Positions 1-10,102 are shown, counted from the first letter of the stretch. The stretch: DNA of 64,000 nt from Novosphingobium sp. (GCF_027486195.1 NZ_JAIXPP010000042.1:4554-68553), one strand, 5' to 3'. Translations and numbers: made by a program. Notes: generated by a model from the letters alone, not told the origin.

Positions 1-174
1 ATCGCTATCGATGGCGATACGGCGACCGGCCGCGTCTACACCAACGAGACGCTCGAAGACCTCGAAGGCAACCTGCGCCGCAGCATCGGCCGCTACGAGG
101 ACACTTACGTCAAGCGCGGCGGAACCTGGCTCTATCAGAGCCGCAGTTTTTCAGTTCTGAAGGGGTATTCGTGA
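1..174 (+). CDS. SnoaL-like/NTF2-superfamily protein, C-terminal fragment (5' end outside window)
   Basis: Frame 1 is open from base 1 to TGA at 172-174. The translation ...GRVYTNETLEDLEGNLRRSIGRYEDTYVKRGGTWLYQSRSFSVL looks like the C-terminal strands of SnoaL_4-type proteins. The stop overlaps the GTG of the next ORF. Confidence 0.45.
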   Translation: MAIDGDTATGRVYTNETLEDLEGNLRRSIGRYEDTYVKRGGTWLYQSRSFSVLKGYS

Positions 175-524
175 TGATCGTGGTTGTCGCAGGTGAGATC
201 GATTTTGCGCCGGAAGTCCGTGACGAGGTTCTGAAGAACGCCCAGCCGCTGATCGACATGGCTCTCGCGGAGAAGGGCTGCCGCCATTACGCGTGGAGCC
301 TCGATCCGCACCATCCGGGCCGCATCCACGTGTTCGAGGAGTGGGAGACCGCCGAGGATCTCGCCGTGCACCTGCTCGCCGAATCCTACTTCAAGATGGG
401 CGCGCATCTCGCCGGGTTCACCATCCTGGGTGCCAATACGCGCAAGTATCGCTGCGACATTTCGGAACCGGTCTATGGCCCGGACGGGGTCGCGACGGCG
501 AACTTCCTCACCGCAAAGGACTGA
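171..524 (+). CDS. ABM-domain (antibiotic biosynthesis monooxygenase-like) protein
   Basis: 117-aa ORF. The pattern ...GCRHYAWSLDPHHPGRIHVFEEWETAEDLAVHLLAESYF... is typical of ABM/quinol-monooxygenase-like ferredoxin-fold proteins. High GC3. Confidence 0.6.
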   Translation: MMIVVVAGEIDFAPEVRDEVLKNAQPLIDMALAEKGCRHYAWSLDPHHPGRIHVFEEWETAEDLAVHLLAESYFKMGAHLAGFTILGANTRKYRCDISEPVYGPDGVATANFLTAKD

Positions 525-529
525 CTGCG

Positions 530-1333
530 ATGACCAATCTCTCGGGCAAGGTGGCTGTCGTGATCGGCGCGGCGGGTGCGGGCAACATGGGCCAGCACAT
601 CGCCCAAACGCTTGCCGATGCGGGGGCCAAAGTCGTCGTCGCGGGGCGCAAGGCGGAGGAGCTCAAGAAGTTTGCCGGCGTGATCGCGGGCGATTGGGCG
701 CTGTGCGACTTGTCGAAGAAAGCCGATGTCGAGGCACTGGCGACCACGGTGCTGGACCGCCACGGCAAGGTGGACATCGCGATCAACGCGACCGGCTGGG
801 GCCTGCTCAAAGGCCTCCACGAGATCACCGAGGAAGAGCTCGACCAGATCATCGCGCTGCAGCTGAAGGGCGTGCACTATTTCCTGAGCGCGTTCGTCAG
901 GGCAATGCCGCACGGCGGTTCGCTGATCCAGATCTCCTCGGCCACCACGCAGTGCGTGATCGACGATCATGCCGCCTATATCGCGACCAAGGCAGGGTCT
1001 GAGGCGCTGATCCGCTGCGTTGCCAACCAGTATGGCCCGCAGGGCATCCGCGCCAATGTGCTTTCGCCCGGCTTCACCGAAAGCCCGATGACCGAGCAGT
1101 CCTTCGCGGTGCCCGGTCTCGTCGATGCCTTCACCAAGGAATATCCGCTGGGCCGCGTCGGCACTTCGGAGGATATCGCCAAGGCTGCGCTCTGGGTGGT
1201 GAGCGACGATTGCTTCATGTCGGGCCAGAACCTGCAGATCAACGGCGGCCTGACCCTGCGGCGCAACCCGCGCCCGGGCGAAATCAGCGCTGCGATCGGT
1301 GCTGCAATGGCGGCGCTGCAGGCGCAGAGCTGA
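530..1333 (+). CDS. short-chain dehydrogenase/reductase (SDR)
   Basis: The ATG at 530 gives MTNLSGKVAVVIGAAGAGNMG (Rossmann glycine motif) and YIATK (YxxxK). The ORF-track extension back to 293 overlaps the upstream gene and was discarded. Confidence 0.85.
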   Translation: MTNLSGKVAVVIGAAGAGNMGQHIAQTLADAGAKVVVAGRKAEELKKFAGVIAGDWALCDLSKKADVEALATTVLDRHGKVDIAINATGWGLLKGLHEITEEELDQIIALQLKGVHYFLSAFVRAMPHGGSLIQISSATTQCVIDDHAAYIATKAGSEALIRCVANQYGPQGIRANVLSPGFTESPMTEQSFAVPGLVDAFTKEYPLGRVGTSEDIAKAALWVVSDDCFMSGQNLQINGGLTLRRNPRPGEISAAIGAAMAALQAQS

Positions 1334-1362
1334 TCCGAACGCCTACGGTTTCGAGTTCGCAA

Positions 1363-1392
1363 GCCCTCTCTCCGCAAGGAGGGAGGGCTTTT
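1363..1392 (+). terminator. rho-independent-like terminator after the SDR gene
   Basis: Hairpin GCCCTCTCTCC-gcaa-GGAGGGAGGGC (one G-U pair) followed by TTTT. Confidence 0.5.
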
Positions 1393-1404
1393 CCATATTC
1401 TCCT

Positions 1405-1490
1405 CGTCATTGCGAGGAGCGAAGCGACGAAGCAATCCAGAGCGGTTAGGCATGGCCGCTCTGGATTGCTTCGCTGCGCTCGCAATGACG
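1405..1490. repeat. REP/MITE-like palindromic element, copy 1
   Basis: Inverted repeat CGTCATTGCGAGGAGCGAAGCGACGAAGCAATCCAGAGCGG ... CCGCTCTGGATTGCTTCGCTGCGCTCGCAATGACG. A near-identical element lies at 13854-13932. Confidence 0.7.
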
Positions 1491-1528
1491 AACTGTGGGG
1501 TACGATGGTGAAGAAAGGCGGCTAGCGC

Positions 1529-3142
1529 CTACCCTGCCTTCTCAGCCTCCATCTGCGCCTTGATCATCGTGCGCAGTTGGTCCTTGCGGATCTTGCCCGA
1601 GGCAGTGCGGGGGAATGTGTCCACCCATTCGATGCGTTCGGGGCACTTCTGCTTGGCGAGGCCGGCCTCGCTGACGAAGGCTGAAAGGGCGGCCATGTCC
1701 GGCCGATCTTCGCCCATCGGGATGAGATAGGCGCAGATGCCTTCACCAAGGCGCGGGTGCGGCATCGAGACGACGGCGGCTTCCTTGATCGCGGGGTTCA
1801 AGTGGAGCACATCCTCGATTTCCTTGGCGCTGATGTTCTCGCCGCCCCGGATGATGAGGTCCTTCTTGCGCCCGGTGATGACGAGCGCGCCCGAAGGGGT
1901 AATCCTGCCGATGTCGCCGGTGCGGAAGAAGCCGTCATCCGTCAGCGATTCGCGGGTCTGCTCCGGATCGGCATAGCCGAGGAACATGGCGGGGCCGCGC
2001 ACGAGGATTTCGCCATCGGTGCCATGGGGCACTTCGTTGCCGTCGTCATCGACGAGGCGCAGCTGGTAATCGAGCGCGGCGCCATCGGTTTCGGCGGCTT
2101 CCACGAGGCTGTTTTCCGGCAGGATGCCGGGGGTCGCCAGCGGCACTTCGGAGCTGCCGTAGACGCGGTAGGCGCAGGGGTGCGCGAGGCGCTTGTTGGC
2201 GGTGTAGACCAGTTCCGAGGGGATGGCTGCGCCGCCGCAGGCGAAGCGGCGGAAGGTGGGCAACTTGGAGCCGACTGCCTCCGCCGCATCGCACAGTTCC
2301 TGCAGGAAGGGCGTGGCAGCGACGGTGGAGGTGATCCCGTAGCGGTCGATCAGATCCACCGCGTCCTTGGCCTTCCATACTTCCATGAGGACGACCTGGC
2401 TGCCCGAGGCGAAAGGCTTCTCCAGTCCGCCCGAAAACCCGCTGATATGCGTGACGGGCGACGGCATCAGCGTCACGTCGTTGGGAATGCCGCTGTACTG
2501 GCGGCCGAACTGCGCGACGCGGTCCAGCGTGTTGTGCGAATGGAGCACGCCCTTGGGCCGCCCGGTGGTGCCCGAGGTGTAGAGGATGAGCTTCAGCGCG
2601 TTGGGATCGACCTTGTCGAGCGGTGTATTGAGGCCTCGCCCATGCTCGACCAGCGTGGCAAAATCGGGGCTGCGCTCGGTAGGCCGCACATAGATGACAT
2701 GCTTCAGCTCCGGCAGGTGCGGACGCACGCGGTCCACCATCCCGGCGAAGTCGTAGTTCCGGAAGCTCTCAGCCACGAAGAACGCGCGGGCTTTACTGTC
2801 GCCCAGCATCTGGATCACTTCGGCATCGCGGTAGATCGGCACGATCGGAGCGATCACGAAGCCGCCGAGATTGGCCGCCAGGTTGATCACCGAGGCCTCC
2901 ACCCAGTTGGGCACCTGGAAGCCGATCACGTCGCCCGTGCGCAGACCCAGATCGTGAAGCGCGCGGGCGAGCGCCTCGCCGTCCGCCAGCAGGCTGGCGT
3001 AAGTCGGCGCGGTGGGATCATTGAGGTATACGACCTTGTCCGGATCGGTCTCGGCCCAGCGGCGCGCGTAATCGCCGATGGTCATGTTGGTCCAGCTGCC
3101 GTCGGCGGCAAACTGGGCCAGATGTGCAGGGATAGTGGCCAT
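1529..3142 (-). CDS. AMP-dependent acyl-CoA synthetase/ligase
   Basis: 537-aa ORF with the AMP-binding signature YTSGTTGRPKGV, then GDIGR and a C-terminal SGKIRK. Confidence 0.9.
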   Translation of the reverse strand: MATIPAHLAQFAADGSWTNMTIGDYARRWAETDPDKVVYLNDPTAPTYASLLADGEALARALHDLGLRTGDVIGFQVPNWVEASVINLAANLGGFVIAPIVPIYRDAEVIQMLGDSKARAFFVAESFRNYDFAGMVDRVRPHLPELKHVIYVRPTERSPDFATLVEHGRGLNTPLDKVDPNALKLILYTSGTTGRPKGVLHSHNTLDRVAQFGRQYSGIPNDVTLMPSPVTHISGFSGGLEKPFASGSQVVLMEVWKAKDAVDLIDRYGITSTVAATPFLQELCDAAEAVGSKLPTFRRFACGGAAIPSELVYTANKRLAHPCAYRVYGSSEVPLATPGILPENSLVEAAETDGAALDYQLRLVDDDGNEVPHGTDGEILVRGPAMFLGYADPEQTRESLTDDGFFRTGDIGRITPSGALVITGRKKDLIIRGGENISAKEIEDVLHLNPAIKEAAVVSMPHPRLGEGICAYLIPMGEDRPDMAALSAFVSEAGLAKQKCPERIEWVDTFPRTASGKIRKDQLRTMIKAQMEAEKAG

Positions 3143-3162
3143 GATGGGCTTTCGTTATCGGA

Positions 3163-4611
3163 TCAGTTCGTGACAGCCTGCTGGTAGAGCGGATTGTCCT
3201 CGGCGTAGAAGTTGCAGTGGAAGCCGCTCGGCACGCGGAAGGGAATGAGCACGCGGGCGATCGGGCCGGCAGCAATGTCCTTGGCGGCAAAGATGGCAAG
3301 TTCGCTGGTGCCGCTGTTCGCAGGGTGGACCAGGGTCATGGCATAGCCGTCTGCCTCGTCCGTGCTGCCAAGGCGCGGCGCGAAGACCAGTTCGCCCGCA
3401 GCGGCGCCCGCGCCGAAGTGCCAGATGTCTTCCTCGCCGGTCTCGGTGTTGTAGCGCAGCACGGCATCCATGCCCTCGACCCGGCCATCGCGGGATTTCA
3501 GGTTGATGTTGGCAAAGCTGTGGCGGCTCTTGCGCGTCATCAGGCGGTCGTCGGGCCGGGGGAACTGGATGTCGCGCCCGTTGAGCACTTCTTCCTTGAT
3601 CCAGCCGGTATTGCCGGTGGGATCGATAGTCCAGCGGCGCAGGCTCTGCTGGGTATCGAGATGGGTGCGGCGCGCCCCGGTTTCATCCGGGAACAAGGCC
3701 GTGCCATTGGCAGCGGCGACATCGGCGATGATCTTGCCGTCCTCTTCCCACACGTTGAGCTCGTGGAACATATGCCGCGGCTCGAACTCGAACCACTTGA
3801 TCTGGTCCGCCGTGCCTTCGCGCGGCATGACCGCGAACTTGGTCGGGCGGTCGTTGACCCAAGCCGTCATCGGCCCGCCTGCGGCAAAGCGCTTTAGGTC
3901 GGTGTCGATCGGGATGAACGGGAAGATTGCCCAGTTTTCCGTCAGCAGGAAGGTGTGCATCAGGCTGAAGTGCGGCATCGGGATGATCTCGGTCTTGCGG
4001 ATCGTCCCGTCCGCCGCAACCACGTCATAGCGCATTTCCGCCGGGCCCATCATGCCGTTGATGGCTGCGCCGGTGTTGATCATTTCGCGCGTCTTGTAGT
4101 CGATCTTGGGATGGGCCGAGAAGCTGGAGGTGACAAGGCCGCCGTAGGTCTCCTCGTGCAGCGTATCCAGCTTGCGCGGATCGAGCGCCACCGGAGGCGC
4201 GCCTTCCATCAGCGCAAGAAGTTGGCCGCCGTGAAGGATGATGTTGGTGTTGCCGGTGTTGTAGCGCTTGCCCTGCACGCTGGGGTCCGAGGTCATCGGA
4301 TTGCCGAAAATGCCGAACAGACGGCGCCCGGCGGCTTTCTCGAGTTCGAACTTCTCGGTCTTGACCCAGCGGTTGCGCAGCGAGACGCGGCCGTCCGCGA
4401 ACTCGAACGCGAAGACCATGCCGTCGCCATCGAACCAGTGATAGTCGCCCTCGCGCGGGGCATAGAGCGGATCGGGGCCGTTGCGATAGAACATGCCGGC
4501 GAGATCGTCAGGCAGCTTGCCCACAACGATCAGATCGGGCGCATCGGCCTCGAACCGGATCGGCGCATGGTGGCCGGAAAGGTAGGGGTGATCGAAGAAC
4601 GGTTCTGCCAT
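3163..4611 (-). CDS. carotenoid-cleavage/lignostilbene-type dioxygenase (CCO/RPE65 family)
   Basis: The start at 4611 (MAEPFFDHPYLSGHHAPIRFE...) fits family N-termini. It contains FYRNGPDP and HWFDGDGMV plus conserved His-containing blades. The upstream 29 codons of the ORF track were not used. Confidence 0.85.
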   Translation of the reverse strand: MAEPFFDHPYLSGHHAPIRFEADAPDLIVVGKLPDDLAGMFYRNGPDPLYAPREGDYHWFDGDGMVFAFEFADGRVSLRNRWVKTEKFELEKAAGRRLFGIFGNPMTSDPSVQGKRYNTGNTNIILHGGQLLALMEGAPPVALDPRKLDTLHEETYGGLVTSSFSAHPKIDYKTREMINTGAAINGMMGPAEMRYDVVAADGTIRKTEIIPMPHFSLMHTFLLTENWAIFPFIPIDTDLKRFAAGGPMTAWVNDRPTKFAVMPREGTADQIKWFEFEPRHMFHELNVWEEDGKIIADVAAANGTALFPDETGARRTHLDTQQSLRRWTIDPTGNTGWIKEEVLNGRDIQFPRPDDRLMTRKSRHSFANINLKSRDGRVEGMDAVLRYNTETGEEDIWHFGAGAAAGELVFAPRLGSTDEADGYAMTLVHPANSGTSELAIFAAKDIAAGPIARVLIPFRVPSGFHCNFYAEDNPLYQQAVTN

Positions 4612-4811
4612 GGTCCCCAGAATCCTTGTGAAGTTCCCGCATCGCCGCGCTGGCTGGCGGACTGCCTTCACTGTGGGTGGGATGGGGGGCACGTTCACCT
4701 GACAAAATGGGGAGTGAGCCTCGCTCCAATGGGCAAAAATGAGAGTCGTCTTGGCTGTGGTGGGGTCTAGGCTCTAGCGTTTCGGGGAGTCCCCCGTTCA
4801 GGAGCTTGTCC

Positions 4812-5843
4812 GTGCCAGAATTGCTCGATGTGAATCGCCGTTTCCTGCTGGTCCGCCGCCCCAATGGCGCGCCGGTGGCCGAAGACTTCAGCCTTGTTTC
4901 CGAGCCGCTGCCCGAGCTTGCAGACGGCCAGTTCCTGATCCGCAATCACTACGCCTCGCTCGATCCCGCCATGCGCGGCTGGATGGACGATGCGCCGAGC
5001 TATATGCCGCCGATCCCGCTGGGGACGTCGGTGCGCGCCTCGACCGTGGGCGAAGTGGTGGCGAGCAAGACCGCCGATTTCCCGGTGGGGCAGTGGGTAT
5101 CGGGGCTCAACGCGATCGAGGAATACTCGGTCTCGCAGGCTGGCGGCTTCAGCGCGCCGATCGATCCGACCATCGTGCCTTCGCCGACGAACTTCCTCTC
5201 GGTGCTCGGCGCGGTGGGGATGACGGCCTATTTCGGCTACCTGGAAGTGTGCAAGCCGCAGCCGGGCGATGTCGTGATGGTGACGGGTGCAGCGGGCGCG
5301 GTTGGCTCGCTTGTCGGTCAGATCGCCAAGCTCAAGGGGGCCAGCAAGGTCATCGGCATCGCGGGCGGGCCGGAGAAGTGCAAGCGGCTGGTGGAACGCT
5401 ACGGCTTCGATGTCGCCATCGATTATCGCGGCAAGAGCGTGGACCAGCTTTCGGCCGAGATCGCAGCGGCTGCGCCGCAGGGTGTCAACGTGATCTTCGA
5501 GAATGTCGGCGGCGATATCCTCGATGCGGGGCTGAACAACCTCGCGATGTATGCCCGCATCGGCCTCTGCGGCCTGATCAGCGAGTACAACAACGCGGGC
5601 GAAAAGACCGGCGCACGCAATGTGTGGCAGCTGATCGTCAAGCGCGCCTCGCTGACGGGCCTGCTCGTGGCCGATTATGTGCCGCGCTTCGGCGAAGGCA
5701 TCGCCGCGATGGCGGGCTGGATGACCGAGGGCAAGCTGGTGTTCGACGAGCATGTCGATGAAGGCATCGACAATGCCTTGCCTGCGTTCCTGCGGCTGTT
5801 CAGCGGCTCGAACGACGGCAAGATGATCCTGAAGCTGAGCTGA
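4812..5843 (+). CDS. NADP-dependent alkenal/enone oxidoreductase (MDR, YncB/CurA-like)
   Basis: ...FLLVRRPNGAPVAEDFSLVSEPLPELADGQFLIRNHYASLDPAMRGWM... and GAAGAVGSLVGQIAK are seen. AGGAG at 4800-4804 favours GTG 4812 over TTG 4806. Confidence 0.85.
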   Translation: MPELLDVNRRFLLVRRPNGAPVAEDFSLVSEPLPELADGQFLIRNHYASLDPAMRGWMDDAPSYMPPIPLGTSVRASTVGEVVASKTADFPVGQWVSGLNAIEEYSVSQAGGFSAPIDPTIVPSPTNFLSVLGAVGMTAYFGYLEVCKPQPGDVVMVTGAAGAVGSLVGQIAKLKGASKVIGIAGGPEKCKRLVERYGFDVAIDYRGKSVDQLSAEIAAAAPQGVNVIFENVGGDILDAGLNNLAMYARIGLCGLISEYNNAGEKTGARNVWQLIVKRASLTGLLVADYVPRFGEGIAAMAGWMTEGKLVFDEHVDEGIDNALPAFLRLFSGSNDGKMILKLS

Positions 5844-5846
5844 GGC

Positions 5847-6632
5847 ATGACCAAGACGCTCCTCGTCCTTTCCGGTGGCCATCCTTACGAGGCAGGTCCG
5901 TTCGCGGCGTTTCTGGAAAGTCTCGGCGATTGGGAGGTGACCCACTACGTCCATCCCGAAGCCGAGGAGCGGGTGGCTGCCGGGGCCGCAGATAACGCGG
6001 ACGCCATGCTGTTCTACGATATGCCGGGCTATACCTTTGCCGACGGCACGGTGAAGACGGCGGCGCCGTCGCCAGGCTTCAAGGCGGCGCTGGAGCGGCG
6101 GTTCGCCAGCGGGCGCGGCGCAGTCATGCTGCACCATGCGATTGCGGGCTGGGCCGAGTGGCCGCAGTGGAGCGAGTGGCTGGGCGGACGGTTCCTCTAT
6201 CAGCCCGGCCCGGTGCGCGGGGACATGAAGCTCGATTCGGGCTATCGTCATGACGTGGACTACAGGGCCGAGCTGGTGGCGGAACATCCGGTGCTGGTCG
6301 GCGTCCCGGCGACATTCCCGGTGAATGACGAGCTCTATCTCGGCGAAGTGTTCGAGGATGACGTGACGCCGCTGATCCGCGCGCAGCATGACTACGTGGC
6401 GGCAAACTTCTATTCTGCGGCGCATGCCGTGGCTGGGCGGATGTTCGACAACAGCGATTGGCCGCACCCGCCGGGGAGCAATCTGGTGGCGTGGGCGAAG
6501 CCGATCGGCGCGGCGCAGATGGTCTACTGCCAGTTCGGCGATGGGCCGCACACCTATGCGAACCCCGTCGTCCGCCGCGTGGTTGCCAATGCGCTGGAAT
6601 GGACAGCGCAGAGCTATGGGAGAAGCGCATGA
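5847..6632 (+). CDS. ThuA-like domain protein (paralog 1)
   Basis: 261 aa, with LVLSGGHPYE... and MLHHAIAGWAEWPQWSEWLGGRF...NDELY, which are typical of the ThuA-like (class I glutamine-amidotransferase-like fold) family. Confidence 0.65.
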   Translation: MTKTLLVLSGGHPYEAGPFAAFLESLGDWEVTHYVHPEAEERVAAGAADNADAMLFYDMPGYTFADGTVKTAAPSPGFKAALERRFASGRGAVMLHHAIAGWAEWPQWSEWLGGRFLYQPGPVRGDMKLDSGYRHDVDYRAELVAEHPVLVGVPATFPVNDELYLGEVFEDDVTPLIRAQHDYVAANFYSAAHAVAGRMFDNSDWPHPPGSNLVAWAKPIGAAQMVYCQFGDGPHTYANPVVRRVVANALEWTAQSYGRSA

Positions 6633-6994
6633 GCCCGCAGGAAATCGTCGAGGCCTTCATCGCCGCATGGAACCGGGGCGATGCCCCCGCAGCCTTCGCC
6701 ATGATGGCGGAGGATATCATCTGGCATAACATCCCGATGGAGCCGGCCGTCGGCCTCGCCGGGGTTCAGGCACTGATGGGGCAGTTTCCGCCCATCGAAG
6801 GCACCGAGTGGATCACGCACCATATCGCTGCGAACGGCAATGTGGTGCTGACCGAGCGGACCGACAAATTCCTCGTCGCCGGGCGCTGGCGCGCGATCCG
6901 CGTTTCGGGGACGTTCGAGATCAACGCCGAAGGCAAGGTCAGCCGGTGGCGTGATTACTTCGACATGGCCGAGTTCCAGCGGGAGTTTGCCTGA
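6629..6994 (+). CDS. limonene-1,2-epoxide hydrolase-like (SnoaL/NTF2 fold) protein
   Basis: ATGA overlap with the upstream stop. It starts MSPQEIVEAFIAAWNRGD and ends ...GTFEINAEGKVSRWRDYFD, the characteristic LEH-family C-terminal motif. Confidence 0.7.
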   Translation: MSPQEIVEAFIAAWNRGDAPAAFAMMAEDIIWHNIPMEPAVGLAGVQALMGQFPPIEGTEWITHHIAANGNVVLTERTDKFLVAGRWRAIRVSGTFEINAEGKVSRWRDYFDMAEFQREFA

Positions 6995-6995
6995 C

Positions 6996-7736
6996 ATGAC
7001 GATTGCGCGTGGGCGTGACCTCACCGGCCGGCGCGCGGTCGTCACCGGCGCGGCATCGGGCATGGGCGCAGCGGCGGCGGCGCGGCTGCTGGCCGAGGGC
7101 GCGCAGGTGCTCGGCGTTGACCGGGTGGGCGAGGGGATCGTCGGCACGCACACGCTGGTGGCAGACCTTGGCGATCCCTACTCCATCGCTAGCATAGCCG
7201 GGGCGGCGGAAAGCCTGCTCGGCGGCTGCGATATCCTCATCAACAACGCCGGCGTCTGCCCCAACGGCCCGTTCACCGAGATGACCGAGGAAGCGTGGAA
7301 CGCCGCGCTATCGATCAACGTGACTGCGGTGATGAAACTGACCCGCGCGCTGATGCCGATGCTGGCCGCCTCCGGCCATGGGCGGGTGGTCAACGTCGGC
7401 TCGATCATGTCGCGCTATGGCGATGCGGGGCTGGTGGCTTACACCACCTCGAAGCATGCGGTGCTGGGGCTGACCCGCGCGCTGGCAATGGAATTGGGGC
7501 CAAACGGGATCACGGTGAACTGCGTGCAGCCAGGCGCCATCGCGACGGGCATGACGCGCGATCTGTTCGAAGGCACGCCGGGCGCGAAGGACTATTACGC
7601 GGGCCGTTCTGCGCTCGGCCGGATCGGTCAGCCGGAAGATGTGGCGGATGTCATGGTGTTCCTCGCCACCGACGATGCGCGCTTCATCACCGGACAAGGC
7701 ATCATGGTCGACGGCGGCGTTATGGTACACTCTTGA
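6996..7736 (+). CDS. short-chain dehydrogenase/reductase (SDR)
   Basis: The ATG at 6996 lies 2 nt after the upstream stop. It has VVTGAASGMG and YTTSK (YxxxK). Confidence 0.85.
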   Translation: MTIARGRDLTGRRAVVTGAASGMGAAAAARLLAEGAQVLGVDRVGEGIVGTHTLVADLGDPYSIASIAGAAESLLGGCDILINNAGVCPNGPFTEMTEEAWNAALSINVTAVMKLTRALMPMLAASGHGRVVNVGSIMSRYGDAGLVAYTTSKHAVLGLTRALAMELGPNGITVNCVQPGAIATGMTRDLFEGTPGAKDYYAGRSALGRIGQPEDVADVMVFLATDDARFITGQGIMVDGGVMVHS

Positions 7737-7832
7737 AAACCTGCCCGGCAGGGCAAGCGAACCTAGCATTTTCGCGCGTGGCACGGGGTATTTGACGGTG
7801 CCACATCCAAGCTGAACCAAGTGGGAACTGCC

Positions 7833-9074
7833 ATGAATGAAATGACCAGCGCGAAATCACTGCTCGATCCCGAGGTGATGCAGAACCCGTTCCCGCTCTA
7901 CCAGTGGGCCCACGCCAATGCGCCGGTGATCGAGCTGCCCGAAACCGGCATGAAGATCATCATGAGCTACGAGATGTGTTCGGAAGCGGCCGGGCGTCCG
8001 GATGATTTTTCGAACGACTTCAGCGGCGTGCTTTCGGGTGCGCTGGCCGAGGATCCGGAAGTGAGCGGCATTCTGGCCGAAGGCTGGCCGCAGATGAACA
8101 CGCTGCTGACCGCCGATCCGCCGGTCCACACGCGTTTCCGCAAGCTCGTCAACCTCGCCTTCTCGATGCCGCGCGTGAACGCGCTCGAAGCCGGCATCCG
8201 CGACAAGGTCAACAAGCTGATCGATGGTTTCATCGAGGATGGCGAGTGCGATTTCGTGTCCGCGTTCAGCGTCGGCCTGCCGGTGCAGGTGATCTGCGAG
8301 CAGCTGGGCTTTTCGGAAGCCGAGCGCGCAGACGTCAAGCGTTGGTCGGATGCATTTGCCGATCGGCTCGGCCACATGATCCCGCGTGAGCGCGAGATCG
8401 AGTGCGCGCACGAGATCGTCGACTTCCAGCGCAAGCTCAAGGTCAAGATCGACGCCCGCCGCGAGACGCCGACCGATGATCTGCTTTCGGACGTGGTCAA
8501 CGCCCGGCTCGATGGCGAAACGCCGCTCAACGACGCCGAAATCCTCTCTATCGCGCAGCAGTTGATGGTCGCGGGTAACGAGACCACCACCCATTCGCTG
8601 GCGGGCGGCATCGTCCACCTCGCGCAGAATCCGGACCAGCAGGACAAGGTCCGCGCCAATCCCGCGCTGATCGGCAACATGATCGAGGAAGTGCTGCGGC
8701 TCGATACGCCGACGGCGGGCATGTGGCGGCTGGTGAAGAAGGACACCGAGCTGGGCGGGCACAGCTACAAGGCGGGCGAGATGGTCATGCTGCGCTATGC
8801 GGCGGCGAACCGCGATCCGGCCAAGTATCACGATCCTGACAAGTTCGATGTCGAGCGCACCAATGCGCGCACGCACCTCGCCTTCGGCAAGGGCATCCAC
8901 ATGTGCGTGGGCAACATGCTGAGCCGCAAGGAAATGACTGTCGCCTTCACCGAGTTGCTACGCCGGCTCGATGATATCCGTATCAAGGACGGCGCGGAGC
9001 TGCGCGTTTCCCCGAACCTGCTGCTGCGCGGGTTCGTTTCGGTGCCAATTACCTTCAAGAAGGCAGCTGCATGA
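7833..9074 (+). CDS. cytochrome P450
   Basis: Heme-thiolate loop FGKGIHMCVGNML, ExxR (EEVLRL) and I-helix AGNETT. The start could be GTG 7821, ATG 7833 or ATG 7842. Confidence 0.9.
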   Translation: MNEMTSAKSLLDPEVMQNPFPLYQWAHANAPVIELPETGMKIIMSYEMCSEAAGRPDDFSNDFSGVLSGALAEDPEVSGILAEGWPQMNTLLTADPPVHTRFRKLVNLAFSMPRVNALEAGIRDKVNKLIDGFIEDGECDFVSAFSVGLPVQVICEQLGFSEAERADVKRWSDAFADRLGHMIPREREIECAHEIVDFQRKLKVKIDARRETPTDDLLSDVVNARLDGETPLNDAEILSIAQQLMVAGNETTTHSLAGGIVHLAQNPDQQDKVRANPALIGNMIEEVLRLDTPTAGMWRLVKKDTELGGHSYKAGEMVMLRYAAANRDPAKYHDPDKFDVERTNARTHLAFGKGIHMCVGNMLSRKEMTVAFTELLRRLDDIRIKDGAELRVSPNLLLRGFVSVPITFKKAAA

Positions 9075-10102
9075 ACTTCGATCTCGACGAGAACCAGGAG
9101 CTGTTCAAGGCGGCGGTCGAGCGCTTTTGCCAGGGGCAGGACGTGGCGGCACGGCGCGCGGCTCGGGCGCTGCCCGGCGGGATCGACCGGGCGCGATGGA
9201 AGGAGCTGGCGGAGCTGGGGCTGATCGGCCTTGCTGCCGGTGAAGCCGATGGCGGCATGGACGGCTCGCACGGCGATCTCGCCGTGGTGGCGCAGGCGCT
9301 GGGCCATGCGCAGGCGGTCGAGCCGTGGCTGGAATGCGGTTTCCTCCCCGCGCGGCTGCTAGCAGGCTCGGCGCATCTGGAGGGCGTCATTTCAGGCGAC
9401 ACGATCGCGGCGTTCGCCTTTGCCGAACCGGGTCGGCGCTTTGTGCTCGAAGCCAGCGGCGTCAAGGCCAAGGCCGGCAAGCTCTCGGGCACCAAGCAGT
9501 TCGTGCTCGGCGGCGGCGCGGCGGATGTGTTCGTGGTGACCGCCGAGGAAGACGGCAAGACCGGGCTTTACGTGGTTGATGCCAAGGCGGCGGAAGTCGA
9601 AGTGCGGCCCTATCCAGTCGCGGATGGCGGCGTCGCGGCGATCGTGACGTTCCACGATGCGGCGGCGGAAGGCCCACTCACGGCGGACCTCGCCGCGGTG
9701 ATCGACGAGGCGCGGCTGATGGCGGCGGCGGAGATGACCGGCATTGCCCAGCGCCTGTTTGCCGACACGTTGGAATATCTCAAGACGCGTGAGCAGTTTG
9801 GCCAGCCCTTGGGGCGGTTCCAGGTGCTTCAGCACCGCATGGTGGATGCTTATGCGCGGGTCGAGAGCATACAGTCCGCGATTCTTCGCGCGCTGCTGCA
9901 GCCTGCGGCACCGATGGCGGCGATCAAGGCCCATGTGGCCGAGAACGCGATCTGGGTCGGTCATCAGGCGGTGCAGTTGCACGGCGGCATGGGCATGAGC
10001 GACGAACTAGGGATCGGCCACGGGCTCAAGCGGATCGTGCTTTTGTCCAAGCTGTTCGGCGATCCGGCGAGCGATATTCTGGATTACGCCCGCGCGGCGT
10101 GA
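9071..10102 (+). CDS. acyl-CoA dehydrogenase-fold protein, short (343 aa), probable non-catalytic/beta-type subunit
   Basis: ATGA overlap with the P450 stop. ACAD-like N-terminus (MNFDLDENQELFKAAVERF) and C-terminal domain (HGGMGMSDE...). Its C-terminal motif reads LFGDPASDI, against IFGGSDEVQ in the 402-aa partner. Confidence 0.75.
   Translation: MNFDLDENQELFKAAVERFCQGQDVAARRAARALPGGIDRARWKELAELGLIGLAAGEADGGMDGSHGDLAVVAQALGHAQAVEPWLECGFLPARLLAGSAHLEGVISGDTIAAFAFAEPGRRFVLEASGVKAKAGKLSGTKQFVLGGGAADVFVVTAEEDGKTGLYVVDAKAAEVEVRPYPVADGGVAAIVTFHDAAAEGPLTADLAAVIDEARLMAAAEMTGIAQRLFADTLEYLKTREQFGQPLGRFQVLQHRMVDAYARVESIQSAILRALLQPAAPMAAIKAHVAENAIWVGHQAVQLHGGMGMSDELGIGHGLKRIVLLSKLFGDPASDILDYARAA

Noticed and set aside
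1757-3187. 476-aa ORF antisense to the acyl-CoA synthetase. Similar long antisense ORFs occur at 7857-8900, 13956-15482, 16052-17410, 20026-21834 and 42335-44110.
   Set aside because: These are typical shadow ORFs of high-GC DNA. Their compositions are Arg/Ala/Gly/His-rich with no motifs, and the opposite strand carries clearly recognisable genes.
4767-6551. 594-aa ORF on the minus strand.
   Set aside because: It lies antisense to two well-supported plus-strand genes (MDR reductase, ThuA-like). Its composition is low-complexity and Arg-rich.
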